A stretch of DNA of 46,383 nt from a virus (taxonomy: Duplodnaviria > Caudoviricetes), in the IMG/VR virus record IMGVR_UViG_3300015203_000015, positions 1-46,383 of that record; one strand, 5' to 3'. Each line of letters begins with the position of its first letter. The stretch's first letter is position 1. This document shows, in pieces, positions 18,323 through 28,208 of this stretch. A program made the position numbers and the translations under genes. The notes under the pieces are model-generated. The model saw only the letters and a program-made list of their open reading frames with translations, did no database searches and was not told where the DNA came from.

Positions 18323-18670
18323 ATGCAAATGGGAAAGCAACACCACCGCGACGGATCCGCCGACAGCAGCACGCCGCCGGCCAGTGCGCCGCTGGGCCTC
18401 GAGCCCAACGCAGAGACGCCCGCGGTCGAAGCTGAAAACGTGCCGGCCAAGCCGGAATTGGCGCGCCAAACCGAGCCCGTGCTGTGTCCCTATTGCAAGG
18501 ATGGCGACGGCAAGCCGGTCCGCTGCCTGGCGAAGAAGACCGAGGCCCTGGTGACGCGGTACTACTGCCCGAGCGGCGAGTGCGGTTACACCGTCAAGGT
18601 GCCGCGGCCGCGCACGACCGAGCGGATCAAGGCCTTGCGCGAGAACGACGTCAACTTTTCGCAGCGGTAG
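18323..18670 (+). CDS. zinc-ribbon protein (Ogr/Delta-like position after TerL)
   Basis: CPYC...TRYYC...CGYTVKV. Confidence 0.6.
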   Translation: MQMGKQHHRDGSADSSTPPASAPLGLEPNAETPAVEAENVPAKPELARQTEPVLCPYCKDGDGKPVRCLAKKTEALVTRYYCPSGECGYTVKVPRPRTTERIKALRENDVNFSQR

Positions 18671-18726
18671 CCGCTCCCAACACGCGCGTGATAATTCATG
18701 TGACACCTGGCAATGGAGTGCCGAAG

Positions 18727-19086
18727 ATGACGAAAACGGAAACCCGGAAACGGATCGAGCCGCCCACGAAGGCGGAGATCAAGGCCTACAAGGCGATCGA
18801 TGCGAAGCGGCGTCGACTATTCGCGCAGGCCTATGCCGCCTCCCGCGAAACCGAGCAGCGGGCCGCGCGGCTGACGCTGTTCGTCAAGCAGGAGGCCGGG
18901 CGGAAGAAGCATGCGACCGTCGAGCACGAGGGCTTTTGTTTGTCGATCGTCGACGGCCAGGTGCGACCGGCCTGGAAGGACGAGTTCATCGCCAAGCTCG
19001 GCGAGGTCGAAGCCCAACTGGTGATCGACCATACGGCACCTGCCAAGGTGCTCACCGTCGAGCGGGTCAATGCAGAGGAGGACTGA
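18727..19086 (+). CDS. hypothetical protein
   Basis: GGAG RBS; good codon bias. Confidence 0.65.
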   Translation: MTKTETRKRIEPPTKAEIKAYKAIDAKRRRLFAQAYAASRETEQRAARLTLFVKQEAGRKKHATVEHEGFCLSIVDGQVRPAWKDEFIAKLGEVEAQLVIDHTAPAKVLTVERVNAEED

Positions 19087-19089
19087 ACA

Positions 19090-19302
19090 ATGCCTGAGAA
19101 TCGCAAACCGCGCTTCCCGGGCGGCTTAACCGCCGTCGAAATGCTGGCCCTCAAATTGGTCGGCGAGCGGGCGCCCGATTCGCTGCTCGAGGGCGATGCC
19201 GCGCCCGGCTCGCTGGTGGCCGTGGACGTCGTGCTGCGGATCGATGGGACGATCGGCCTGGACGGCGCCCTCGGGCAGCTGAACGTCAGCCGGGTCGGCT
19301 AG
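19090..19302 (+). CDS. hypothetical protein
   Basis: GAGGAGG RBS. Confidence 0.55.
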   Translation: MPENRKPRFPGGLTAVEMLALKLVGERAPDSLLEGDAAPGSLVAVDVVLRIDGTIGLDGALGQLNVSRVG

Positions 19303-19328
19303 GAACCAGGTCAGGAAAGGAACTCGTC

Positions 19329-20285
19329 ATGGCCCACAAGGATATCGACGTGCCGTCGAGCGTCTCGCGCGAGACCTGCGGACTCTTATACCGTCAGGTG
19401 TTGGCCTCGTTGAAAGAGGGCGACACGCTCGAACTTTGTGAGCAGGACTTCACGTGCGGCGGTGGCACGACGGGCGACCCGGTCCAGAACCTGGTATTCC
19501 CGGCGCCGAATATCCGAATTCTGGGCCAGGGCGCCGGCCGCACGTTCCTCCGCTGTAGTTGGCACGATGATCCGGCGCCGGGCTGCGCCTTCGAGCTGGA
19601 GGACTACGCGGTCTACGAGAAGCTGACGATCGACAACAACTGCCTGGCGAACCAGCAAAGCGAGGCGATCGGGTTCATGGCCGGCACCGGCTCGAACAAC
19701 TGCCAGGCCTTCATCCGGGATTGCGACGTCCTGGCGCCCGACTGGGGACTGAGTAGTTGGGGTGCCCGCAATGGCTGCTCCGTGACGATGGAGCGCAGCT
19801 GTCTAAGTGCCTCGAGGGTGCTCGTGGGCGCCTGCCGATCGTCAGGAGCAGATGCCCAGCGCTTCAAGTTGATCGATTGCTTTCTATCGGGAGATTCAAC
19901 TCAATCCACTTACCAAGGGCGTGTGGGCGAGTTGCTGACGGCCTTTGTCTGCCGAGGTGGCCACATCGAGACACTGCGTTGCTTTGTGGAGTTGAAGGCT
20001 GACCCGTTGATCGAGGTGGCCCGAGGCGCTTGGATCCCGTTACTAGAAAATCCGCCCGGCGGTCCGGCGAGCGCTTGGAACGGGGCCAGCCCGTGGAGCT
20101 CGATCGACTTGATCGACACGCACTTCCGCATCATCGGCGGCAAGCAGCAGTGGGACATCGACGACAGCATCAACGGGATCAAGAAGTACGGCGGCTCGGG
20201 AAGCGACGTCGATGGCGGCTGGAAGGTCAATCGCCCGCTCCCGGTGATCGCTCAGGTGCAGATGAGCGTCAGCATGGCGGGTTAA
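19329..20285 (+). CDS. right-handed beta-helix (pectin-lyase-like) protein
   Basis: LASLKEGDTLEL...NIRILGQGAGRTFL N-terminal cap motif and repeated Asn/Cys beta-coils. Confidence 0.6.
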   Translation: MAHKDIDVPSSVSRETCGLLYRQVLASLKEGDTLELCEQDFTCGGGTTGDPVQNLVFPAPNIRILGQGAGRTFLRCSWHDDPAPGCAFELEDYAVYEKLTIDNNCLANQQSEAIGFMAGTGSNNCQAFIRDCDVLAPDWGLSSWGARNGCSVTMERSCLSASRVLVGACRSSGADAQRFKLIDCFLSGDSTQSTYQGRVGELLTAFVCRGGHIETLRCFVELKADPLIEVARGAWIPLLENPPGGPASAWNGASPWSSIDLIDTHFRIIGGKQQWDIDDSINGIKKYGGSGSDVDGGWKVNRPLPVIAQVQMSVSMAG

Positions 20286-20392
20286 TCCCCGCCGAGTTCA
20301 TGAGTCGGGCGGCCGGCGAGTTGTAGCTCGCGCGACCGCCCTAAATACGACGACGTAGCAAGCACGCCGCCATACCTGGAAAACCATAGGTC

Positions 20393-21220
20393 ATGGCAGC
20401 CATGCGCGAGCAACAGCGAAACAGGAAGCATCCTCACAATCCGCATTTTCCAAAATCAGTGACGCGTTCGGGCGACGTTTGGAGGCTCGGACGTCATCGT
20501 CTGCTCTGCGGCGACGCCACGGATCCAATCGCCGTCGCCCGGCTCCTGGCGGGAAAGACGCCGCTGCTGATGGTGACCGATCCGCCCTATGGCGTTTCGT
20601 ACGACCCGACGTGGCGCGTGCGACCAGGCGAGGTGTGCAACCGACGGATGGGCCGCATCGCCAACGATCATCGCTTCGATTGGGCCGAAGCCTACAAGCT
20701 GTTCGCCGGCGACGTGGCCTACATCTGGCACGCCGGTATCTACGCCCGCGAAGTGGCCAACAGCCTGGGCGATCTGCGGCTGGGCATCCGGGCCCAGATC
20801 ATTTGGTGCAAACGTCGCATGGTGTTTGGGCGCGGCCACTATCATTGGCAGCATGAGCCGTGCTGGTACGCAGTTCGAAAAGGGGCGACGGCCAAATGGC
20901 GCGGCGATCACAAGCAACGCACGGTCTGGCAAATCGACTCCGCCGGCGACGACGCAGCGACCGACCACTCGACGCAAAAGCCGCTGGAGTGCATGGCTCG
21001 CCCCATCCGGAACCACGGCGATCGGGGCGACCTGGTCTATGACCCGTTCGTCGGCTCCGGCACCACGATCATCGCCGCCGAGCAGCTCGGCCGCAGTTGC
21101 TACGCGATCGAGATCGATCCGCTCAATTGCGACATCGCGATCCAGCGCTGGCAGAACTTCACGGGCAAGAAGGCCACGCGTGACAGCAGGACCGCGGTGA
21201 AGAAGCGCCGCGCGGCATAG
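20393..21220 (+). CDS. DNA N6-adenine/N4-cytosine methyltransferase (beta class)
   Basis: GDVW.LGRHRLLCGD, TDPPY, HSTQKP, DPFVGSGTT. Confidence 0.93.
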   Translation: MAAMREQQRNRKHPHNPHFPKSVTRSGDVWRLGRHRLLCGDATDPIAVARLLAGKTPLLMVTDPPYGVSYDPTWRVRPGEVCNRRMGRIANDHRFDWAEAYKLFAGDVAYIWHAGIYAREVANSLGDLRLGIRAQIIWCKRRMVFGRGHYHWQHEPCWYAVRKGATAKWRGDHKQRTVWQIDSAGDDAATDHSTQKPLECMARPIRNHGDRGDLVYDPFVGSGTTIIAAEQLGRSCYAIEIDPLNCDIAIQRWQNFTGKKATRDSRTAVKKRRAA

Positions 21221-21331
21221 CACGGCCGCAACTGGAAGCGCCGTTTTATTTTTCCCTTGCTTCCAGTCGGCCGCGCGATCTGGAAGTTTGGCGCGGATCG
21301 TGCGCCACTCGTTCGTCTAATCTCGGCGGCG

Positions 21332-21574
21332 ATGTCCGATCCCGCCACTCAACTTGCCCTGGTCGAAGCCGCCATTGATGCGCGGCTCTCCGGCAACGCC
21401 GTCGAAGAGACGAGCGAAGGCACCCAGCGCTATCGCATGACGTCGCTGAAGGAGCTCTACGAGATCCGCCGGCTGCTCATGAACGAGGTGTCCGGCGGGA
21501 TCGGATTTTCGAGCGTGGTTCCCACCGGCCGCATAGGAAGCACTGGCGATGGCGGGAATCCCTACTGTTATTGA
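21332..21574 (+). CDS. head completion protein (lambda gpW-like)
   Basis: Small helical protein immediately before the portal (LALVEAAIDARLSG...SLKELYEIRRLL). Confidence 0.65.
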   Translation: MSDPATQLALVEAAIDARLSGNAVEETSEGTQRYRMTSLKELYEIRRLLMNEVSGGIGFSSVVPTGRIGSTGDGGNPYCY

Positions 21575-23222
21575 TCGCCTGGCTCGCGGCAGCCGGCAAG
21601 CTCTGCGCACGGCCATCGAGCCGGCGCTGCGCTCGCTGGGGCTGCAATTCGCCGGCGGCGCCAGTCCTCTGGCCGAAGGAACCGCGGACGGCCTCAAGAC
21701 CCAGGCCTTGGGCAGTTACAGCTCGGGGAGCGCCTCTGGCACGAGCTACCACGCCGCGGCGATCGATGCTCAGACGCGCAATTGGATCCCGCAGATCCGA
21801 TCCGGGGACAGCGCCCTGCTCGACAGCTGGTACATGCTCACCGCGCGGGTCGAAGACCTGATGCGCAATGAGCCGTCGCTCGGCGCCGCCCGGCGAAACC
21901 TGACAAAGCACATCATCCGCACCGGCATTCAGACGTATGCCGACGTCGTGATCGACGATGAGCCGGCCGACGACTTCAATACCGAAAACGACCGCTGGTT
22001 CGAGCATTGGAGCGAGCACGAGGCGGACGTCGAAGGCAAACACGCGTTCCCCGAGCTGCAGTGGCACGCCCACGACAACGCGATCACCTACGGCGACGGG
22101 ATCCTGCTGAAATGCTTCGACAATTCGCCGGGACGCAGCGTGCCGCTGTGCTACCAGCTGCTCGAAGCGGCCCAGATCGATGAGACGATGACCTATCCCG
22201 CCGGCCTCAACGGCCCCGACGGGATTGGCGCTGGCAATCGCGTGATCCGTGGCGTCGAGCTCGACAAGAAGAACCGGGCGGTCGCCTATTGGATATTCGA
22301 CGCGCACCCGTACGACCAATACACCGGCTGGACGAGCAAGAGCACGCGGATCCCGGCCGACCGGGTGATCCATTACTTCGTGCCGTTCCAAAGCTCGATG
22401 ACCCGCGGCGTGACCTGGTTTGCGCCGCTGGTGCGTCCCGCGCGCGACACGGACACCTACATCGGCAGCGAGCTGACGAGCGCCGTGCTGGGCGCGCTGA
22501 TGGTCTTCGTGCACAAGACCAACCTGGTGAACAACGCCGCCACGGCCATGGGCCTGCAGGATGGCCTGCCCACGAGCGATCAGTACGGCAACCCGCTGAT
22601 CAAGATCGGGCCCGGTACCAAGACCACGATCGCCCGCGAGGACGAGTTCGAGGTTCTGGAAAACAAGCGCCCTGGCAACCAGGTCGCTCCCTTCACCAAG
22701 TTCCTGCGGCAAGAGCAGGCGATGGGTTACGGGGCCAGCTACGTCACGCACACCGGCGATTTCAGCCAAACCAGCTTCACCTCGGCGCACGGGGCGGCCA
22801 ACGAGGAGAACGCGTATTTCCAGCCGTTGCAGCAGCGCTTCGGCCGCCGTCTCGTCTCGCCGATCCGCCGCGAGCACACCCGAGTGGCCGCGGCCTATGG
22901 TCTTTATTCCACGCTCCCGGCCGCCCAATTCGCCAAACAGCCGTTGCGCTGGTCGGCGCTCACCGTGCAGCCGCCAGGCCGCGATCAGTTGGATCCGCTC
23001 AAACAGACCGAAGGGTCGGCCGCCCGCGTGCGGATGGGCCTCTCGACGCTGAAAGACGAGTGCGGCAAAGAGGGCAAGAACTGGCGCGCCGTACTGCGCC
23101 AGCGAGCCGTTGAAAACCGCTACGCGGAAAAGCTCGATGTCACGCTCGACTTCTCCAAAGGCGCGAGCACGCCCGCTGACGAAGCGGCCGACGTGGTCGA
23201 AGCCGCACCGGAGGGCGCATAG
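21549..23222 (+). CDS. portal protein (lambda family)
   Basis: RVEDLMRN, LLEAAQID, GVELD..NRAVAYW, RIPA..VIH, TRGVTWFAP, TGDFSQTSFTS, LDPLKQ. Confidence 0.93.
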   Translation: MAGIPTVIDRLARGSRQALRTAIEPALRSLGLQFAGGASPLAEGTADGLKTQALGSYSSGSASGTSYHAAAIDAQTRNWIPQIRSGDSALLDSWYMLTARVEDLMRNEPSLGAARRNLTKHIIRTGIQTYADVVIDDEPADDFNTENDRWFEHWSEHEADVEGKHAFPELQWHAHDNAITYGDGILLKCFDNSPGRSVPLCYQLLEAAQIDETMTYPAGLNGPDGIGAGNRVIRGVELDKKNRAVAYWIFDAHPYDQYTGWTSKSTRIPADRVIHYFVPFQSSMTRGVTWFAPLVRPARDTDTYIGSELTSAVLGALMVFVHKTNLVNNAATAMGLQDGLPTSDQYGNPLIKIGPGTKTTIAREDEFEVLENKRPGNQVAPFTKFLRQEQAMGYGASYVTHTGDFSQTSFTSAHGAANEENAYFQPLQQRFGRRLVSPIRREHTRVAAAYGLYSTLPAAQFAKQPLRWSALTVQPPGRDQLDPLKQTEGSAARVRMGLSTLKDECGKEGKNWRAVLRQRAVENRYAEKLDVTLDFSKGASTPADEAADVVEAAPEGA

Positions 23223-23224
23223 TC

Positions 23225-25819
23225 ATGCCGATTCGATCCGGCCGCAGACACAAGTTTCGTTCGCTGGTGCGCAGCTTCTACGGCGTGCCCTGGACGATCA
23301 CCACCGAAAAGTTCAACGCGATCGACGAGCTCGTCGAACTGCGCGCGGGCGGCTACGAGTTCACCCGCAAGGAACTCGAGGCCCGACTCGGCGATGCCAC
23401 CGAGGCCGATCAGCCCACGTCGTTCATGACCAATGGGATCGCCGTGTTGCCGCTGGTCGGCGTGCTCGCGCCCCGCATGAACCTGATGATGGAGATCTCC
23501 GGCGGCACGAGTATGAACCAGTTCGGCGAGGCTTTCTCGGCGCTAGTCAACAGCTCGGAAGTCAAAGCCATCGTGATGGACGTTGCTTCGCCAGGCGGCA
23601 CGTTCTCGGCGACCGCCGAAACGGCCGACCTGGTCTACGCGGCGCGCTCAGTCAAACCGGTGATCGCCTTCGTTCGCCAAGCCAACAGCGGCGGCTACTG
23701 GATCGCCTCGGCCGCCAGCGAAATCGTCGCCAGCCCCTCGGCGGATATTGGCTCGATCGGTGTGATCTTCAAGCACACCGAGACGAGCAAGGCCGATGAG
23801 CAGGCCGGCCGTAAGACCACGGTGCTCACCGCGGGCATCAACAAAGGCGACGGCAACAGCGCCGAACCGTTGAGCAAAAGCGCTCGGGCCAATCTGCAGG
23901 AGTTCATCGACGACGCCTACGTCTCGTTCGTGTCGGCCGTGGCCCGCAACCGGCGCGTCTCGACGTCCAAGGTCGAAGCGGACTTCGGCCAGGGCAAAAG
24001 TTTTCTCGCTGATAAGGCGGTCGCGCTAGGGATGGCGGATCGCATCGGCACGCTGGACGACGTTCTGGCGGGCCTGGTTTCGAAACTCGGACTCGGGACA
24101 CGCGCCGCAAATTCGGTTTCACCGCGCAACGTCCTTACTCAAGGAGGAGTGAGCATTATGTGGGAACAAATTCGCATCGAACTTGCCGCGCGTGGTTATT
24201 GCACGGCCGTGGCCACCGAGGCCGAAGTACGTGCGGCCATGGGCGTCTTTTTGAGCGCCCGCAGCCACGCCGCCGCCAACGACGAAGCCGCTCTGACGTT
24301 CATCAAGACGCAGGCCGCGGCCCAAGCCCCAAACCCTCCGGCGGCTCCTGTCGCCATCGTCACGCCTGCTGCACCGCTTGTGTCGCAGCCTGCTCAACTG
24401 TCGGTTGGCCTGCCTGCCGCTCCACTGGTTCCCGCCCCTGCCGTCGGCGACGCGGCCGTTTTGGCTGAGCGCGAGCGGATCCGTCAGATTCGCACCCGTG
24501 GCGCGACGCTGGGCATCGCTGTCGAAGCGATTGACGCGGCGATCGAGGCCGGCACTCCGCTCGACAAAGCACTGGTCACCTTCACCGACAATCTGGCGGC
24601 CGTCAATGCACCCGTGGCCAGCGGGATGCCGCGAGTCGCGGGTTCCGCGGTCGACAACATCCACAAGGGAGCAGTCGAAGCTCTGTTTGCCCGCGTCTGC
24701 GCGAGCGGTCCGCCCAAGAGCGGCAAGGACGGCGCCGAGCGCATCGTGCCGCAGGTTTCCGCGGAGGCGCGGCCCTTCGAGCGGATGGGCCTGATGCAAA
24801 TTGCCTCGGCCACGCTGCAAGCCCGCGGCATGCGGGTGCAGCAAATGTATCCCGACGACATCGCCGAGGCGTTCCTGGGCCTGGTGGGCCAAAACCCGAC
24901 GCCGATGACCTCGTTCGGGGAACCCAGCTACAACTCGCCGGGCCTCTATCCGGACCTGTTGAGCGCGCTGGCCAACAAGATCATGGACGCCGCGGTGCAG
25001 TATGCCAGCTCGACCTACAACGAGTGGACCTTCCGCTTGCAGCCGGTCACCGACTTCAAGCCGCGCACGCTGATCGCGATGGGCGCCACCGGCGAACTGC
25101 CCGAGCTCGACGACAACGACGAATTCGGCCAGGACTCCAATACCGAAGAGGCCTCGTTTATCCAGGTCGGCCGCTTTGGCAAAGAGTTCGCGATGACGCC
25201 GGTGATGATGGCCAACGACGACCTGCAAGGGTTCTCGGACATGGCCGAGGATTACATGATCGCCCACGAGCTGACGGTCAACCGCAAGGCAGTCAACCTG
25301 CTGACCGGCAACCCGACGCTCGTCGATGCGATCGCGTTCTTCCATGCCTCGCACGGCAACTTGATCGCCGGCGGTTCGGGCGGCGTGCCGTCGGCCGCGC
25401 AAATGTCGCTGATGCGGCAGGACATGCGGGCCCAAAAGGCGCCCGGTAACAAGCGCCGTCTGCGGTTCGGACCGAAGATCGCACTGGTGCCGATCGAGCT
25501 CGAGACCGCGGCCGAGCAGACCTTCCTGCCGGCCACGATCGTGCCCGTGACCGACACCACCGTCAACGTGTTTCGCTCGCGGATCACGCCGATCGTTGAA
25601 CCGATGCTCTCCGATGCCTCGGCCGCGATCTGGTACGCGCTGGCGGATCCACGCATCGTCAAATCGATCGTGGTGGCCTTCATGGCCGGTTACGAAAACG
25701 GCGGCCGTCGTCGGAGCTACTTCAACGCCAAAAACGGCAACCAGTATTTCCAGATCGAAGGCCGGTTCGCCGCCGCCGTGCGCAATTGGCGCGGTGCGGT
25801 GATGAACACCGGCTCGTAA
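23225..25819 (+). CDS. S49 prohead protease - scaffold - major capsid fusion protein
   Basis: DVASPGG, ANSGGYWIAS, GSIGV, LGMAD (S49); Pro/Ala linker; LAERERI scaffold motif; C-terminal capsid motifs DFK, GR...MT..MMANDDL, FHASHGNL, WYALAD, WRG. Confidence 0.9.
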   Translation: MPIRSGRRHKFRSLVRSFYGVPWTITTEKFNAIDELVELRAGGYEFTRKELEARLGDATEADQPTSFMTNGIAVLPLVGVLAPRMNLMMEISGGTSMNQFGEAFSALVNSSEVKAIVMDVASPGGTFSATAETADLVYAARSVKPVIAFVRQANSGGYWIASAASEIVASPSADIGSIGVIFKHTETSKADEQAGRKTTVLTAGINKGDGNSAEPLSKSARANLQEFIDDAYVSFVSAVARNRRVSTSKVEADFGQGKSFLADKAVALGMADRIGTLDDVLAGLVSKLGLGTRAANSVSPRNVLTQGGVSIMWEQIRIELAARGYCTAVATEAEVRAAMGVFLSARSHAAANDEAALTFIKTQAAAQAPNPPAAPVAIVTPAAPLVSQPAQLSVGLPAAPLVPAPAVGDAAVLAERERIRQIRTRGATLGIAVEAIDAAIEAGTPLDKALVTFTDNLAAVNAPVASGMPRVAGSAVDNIHKGAVEALFARVCASGPPKSGKDGAERIVPQVSAEARPFERMGLMQIASATLQARGMRVQQMYPDDIAEAFLGLVGQNPTPMTSFGEPSYNSPGLYPDLLSALANKIMDAAVQYASSTYNEWTFRLQPVTDFKPRTLIAMGATGELPELDDNDEFGQDSNTEEASFIQVGRFGKEFAMTPVMMANDDLQGFSDMAEDYMIAHELTVNRKAVNLLTGNPTLVDAIAFFHASHGNLIAGGSGGVPSAAQMSLMRQDMRAQKAPGNKRRLRFGPKIALVPIELETAAEQTFLPATIVPVTDTTVNVFRSRITPIVEPMLSDASAAIWYALADPRIVKSIVVAFMAGYENGGRRRSYFNAKNGNQYFQIEGRFAAAVRNWRGAVMNTGS

Positions 25820-25833
25820 GGATTTTGAAAACT

Positions 25834-25925
25834 GCCTCCGGCGGCCGGCGAGCCGCCGGGGGCTGTATTACGAAAAGCCATCCATTGCGTAGATAGCCCG
25901 CGGCCGCCGGCCGCCCGCCGGAGGC
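25834..25925. repeat. GC-rich REP-like inverted repeat
   Basis: GCCTCCGGCGGCCGGCGA arm and inverted arm ...GCCGGAGGC; other copies at 33151 and 45745. Confidence 0.6.
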
Positions 25926-25959
25926 CTTAAACAAATCATTTTTCGAGGAGGATCCTCAA

Positions 25960-26661
25960 ATGTCCCAAGGCACGATTGTTCAAGATTACCGTTTCATCGG
26001 CAAACACCGGCCGGCTGCCGACGGCGCCACGGTCAATGGCCCGTTCACCACGAAGATCACCGGTGCGGGTCCGCCGACCGTCAAGAGCAACTCCGGAGTG
26101 CTGGACCTCGCGCTCGAAGCGACCGTGGAAGTCCAGAACGCTTGCTACTATTGGGGCGACGAGCTCGGGATCCTGATCGACAAGCTATTGGCGATCGACA
26201 TTTGGGCCAAACTCACGGCCAGCTTGCCCGCGCAGGTCACGGCCTCGTTTGGCGTGAGTTCCGCGCGAAACGACACGCCCACGTCGGCGTCGGCCTACGC
26301 GCTGTTTCAATATGCCGGTGCGAACACGCAAAAGATCGCCACCGCCGACGGCGTGACGACCGTTGCGCCCGTGGCCACCGGCTTGAGCCTGTCGACGACC
26401 TTGCGCCGGCATCGGATCAGCTTTGGCGGCGGCGTGCTGACGCAGGCTGCTCCTTCGCTGTCGCTGGGCGGCAAGGCGAACGTCTATTTCTACTCCGAGG
26501 ACGGCAACGGCCTGTTGCAGCGCGTCGGTCAAACCACGCTCTTCAACATGAACGGCTACGCCCTCGGGTTGCAACCGGTGTTCCAGATCCAAAAGACCTC
26601 CAACGCCGCAGTCGGCACGTTGTCGATCGAGCGGATCCAGCTCACTTACCGACAAGGTTAG
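25960..26661 (+). CDS. putative capsid decoration / structural protein
   Basis: GAGGAGG RBS; beta-rich; directly after the capsid gene. Confidence 0.6.
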   Translation: MSQGTIVQDYRFIGKHRPAADGATVNGPFTTKITGAGPPTVKSNSGVLDLALEATVEVQNACYYWGDELGILIDKLLAIDIWAKLTASLPAQVTASFGVSSARNDTPTSASAYALFQYAGANTQKIATADGVTTVAPVATGLSLSTTLRRHRISFGGGVLTQAAPSLSLGGKANVYFYSEDGNGLLQRVGQTTLFNMNGYALGLQPVFQIQKTSNAAVGTLSIERIQLTYRQG

Positions 26662-26763
26662 TCCTTTGAGGGCAGTGGTTGGTGGTTGGTGCGCAGCGAT
26701 TGGAAACGGAAACTTTCCAGCCACGAGGCACCGGCCGCCGACCACTGTCTCGGCCTCCGACTT

Positions 26764-27138
26764 ATGACATTTGCCGACTTTCGCAAGGATCTGTTCTACA
26801 ACACCACGCTCGTCGGGCCGTTCGCCAAGCAGATTATCTACTCGACTCCCGGCGCGCCGGATCGAGTGATCTGGTGCCGAATGGACCTGACCGCAGTCGA
26901 CCAGATGAACACGTCGAGCGATTCGAACGTGCAAACGGCGCTGGTGAGCGTAGGCCGCGACGAGTCGCACGCGCTAGGAGGCGTCGAGCGCGCCGGGCAA
27001 GACGACACGTTGCTGCCGATCGGGGACGACCCCGCAAGCATGCGTTTCGCCTTCACCGGCGAGATCGTGGAAGAAACGCCGCACAGCCTGCGACTGAAGT
27101 TCACGCGAGAAGTTCCGTTCCGCATTGGTAAGAGGTAG
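26764..27138 (+). CDS. head-tail joining protein (FII-like)
   Basis: MTFAD...DL...F...F...I.Y.. N-terminal pattern and synteny. Confidence 0.6.
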   Translation: MTFADFRKDLFYNTTLVGPFAKQIIYSTPGAPDRVIWCRMDLTAVDQMNTSSDSNVQTALVSVGRDESHALGGVERAGQDDTLLPIGDDPASMRFAFTGEIVEETPHSLRLKFTREVPFRIGKR

Positions 27139-27141
27139 ACC

Positions 27142-27666
27142 GTGGTCCAGGTCCCAGCGCCCAGCGGCTTCTACATGGTGCCGATCGACAAGCTGCAAAG
27201 CATGTTGGCCGCGCTGGCCAGCGTGCAGACGCGCTTTGGCGTGGCGGGCGATGCTGACGCTGTCGCAAAATCCCTGGCCAGGCTGCCCTATCCGGTGCTC
27301 GAGTCGCAAGAGCAACTGCTGGCTCTGCTGCCGTGCATCGTGCTGCGTGAGGGCGATCGCTGGGGGCTGCGCGTGGTGAGCGGCGGCGCCCAAAACTTCC
27401 TGCGTCCATTCGGCTCGATCCAGATCACCTTCGCCGACGTTTCGAACTTCCCCAAGGATTTGCAGGCCGGCCACTGCGACTTCGGCAATTGGATCGGCAA
27501 TACGTTCGTCGACTTGGCGGCCCAGGCGGGCGTGAGTGACCAGCTCAACATTGAAGGGGTGCGTCGGATCGAGGGGATTACTGTTTCGAGCAAAGAAGCC
27601 CAGGGCGCCAACGGCGGCAAGCCGTGGTTCATGGCCTCGTTTTACGTGGATTGGAACTCGAATTGA
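27142..27666 (+). CDS. putative tail terminator / neck protein
   Basis: Synteny; LPCIVL motif; GAGG RBS. Confidence 0.5.
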   Translation: MVQVPAPSGFYMVPIDKLQSMLAALASVQTRFGVAGDADAVAKSLARLPYPVLESQEQLLALLPCIVLREGDRWGLRVVSGGAQNFLRPFGSIQITFADVSNFPKDLQAGHCDFGNWIGNTFVDLAAQAGVSDQLNIEGVRRIEGITVSSKEAQGANGGKPWFMASFYVDWNSN

Positions 27667-28175
27667 CCATTCCCATTTTCATCACGATCGTCGAGCAACC
27701 GCCGCTGGTGCTCAGTCCGCAAGAGCATGACGGGCTGATGGCCAAGGTCTACGAGGCCGAGGCGCAAGACTGGTGCTCGAGGATGCTGCCGCGGCACCTC
27801 GAACAATCCGCTCACGATCGGTACGGCTATCAAACACGCAAACCTGGCTGGATCACCCAAAAGATCAAGGACCTGGGTCGCGGCGTCGGCGTCGGCGTGC
27901 AGGACCTGGTGCACACGGGCGCCATGATGCGGCAGCTGCTCGGCTTCCAGGAGATTCGCACAGATCCCCGCAAGGCCGTCGCGCGTCTCTTCGGGCCCAA
28001 ATACTTCTGGCAATACAACAAGCAAGTCGGCGCTCCGGACAAGGCGCGGGAAGTTTTGACGGTGCGGCCCGACGAAACCGACGCGTTGGGAGTCGTCGCC
28101 CAGCAAACCTATGACCGCGAGTGGTTCCACCTGGCCATTCCCGCCAAGACGACGACCCTCGGTTCCACGATCTGA
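27663..28175 (+). CDS. putative tail completion protein
   Basis: TTGA overlap; RYGY..RK..W...K, LVHTG.M motif typical of neck genes. Confidence 0.55.
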   Translation: MTIPIFITIVEQPPLVLSPQEHDGLMAKVYEAEAQDWCSRMLPRHLEQSAHDRYGYQTRKPGWITQKIKDLGRGVGVGVQDLVHTGAMMRQLLGFQEIRTDPRKAVARLFGPKYFWQYNKQVGAPDKAREVLTVRPDETDALGVVAQQTYDREWFHLAIPAKTTTLGSTI

Positions 28176-28208
28176 ATATAGGACGCCGCTCGCGGCAGGA
28201 GGTCTTTG

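Noticed and set aside
20393-21220. Restriction-modification system
   Set aside because: No cognate restriction endonuclease is adjacent; it resembles the orphan methyltransferases commonly found beside phage terminases.
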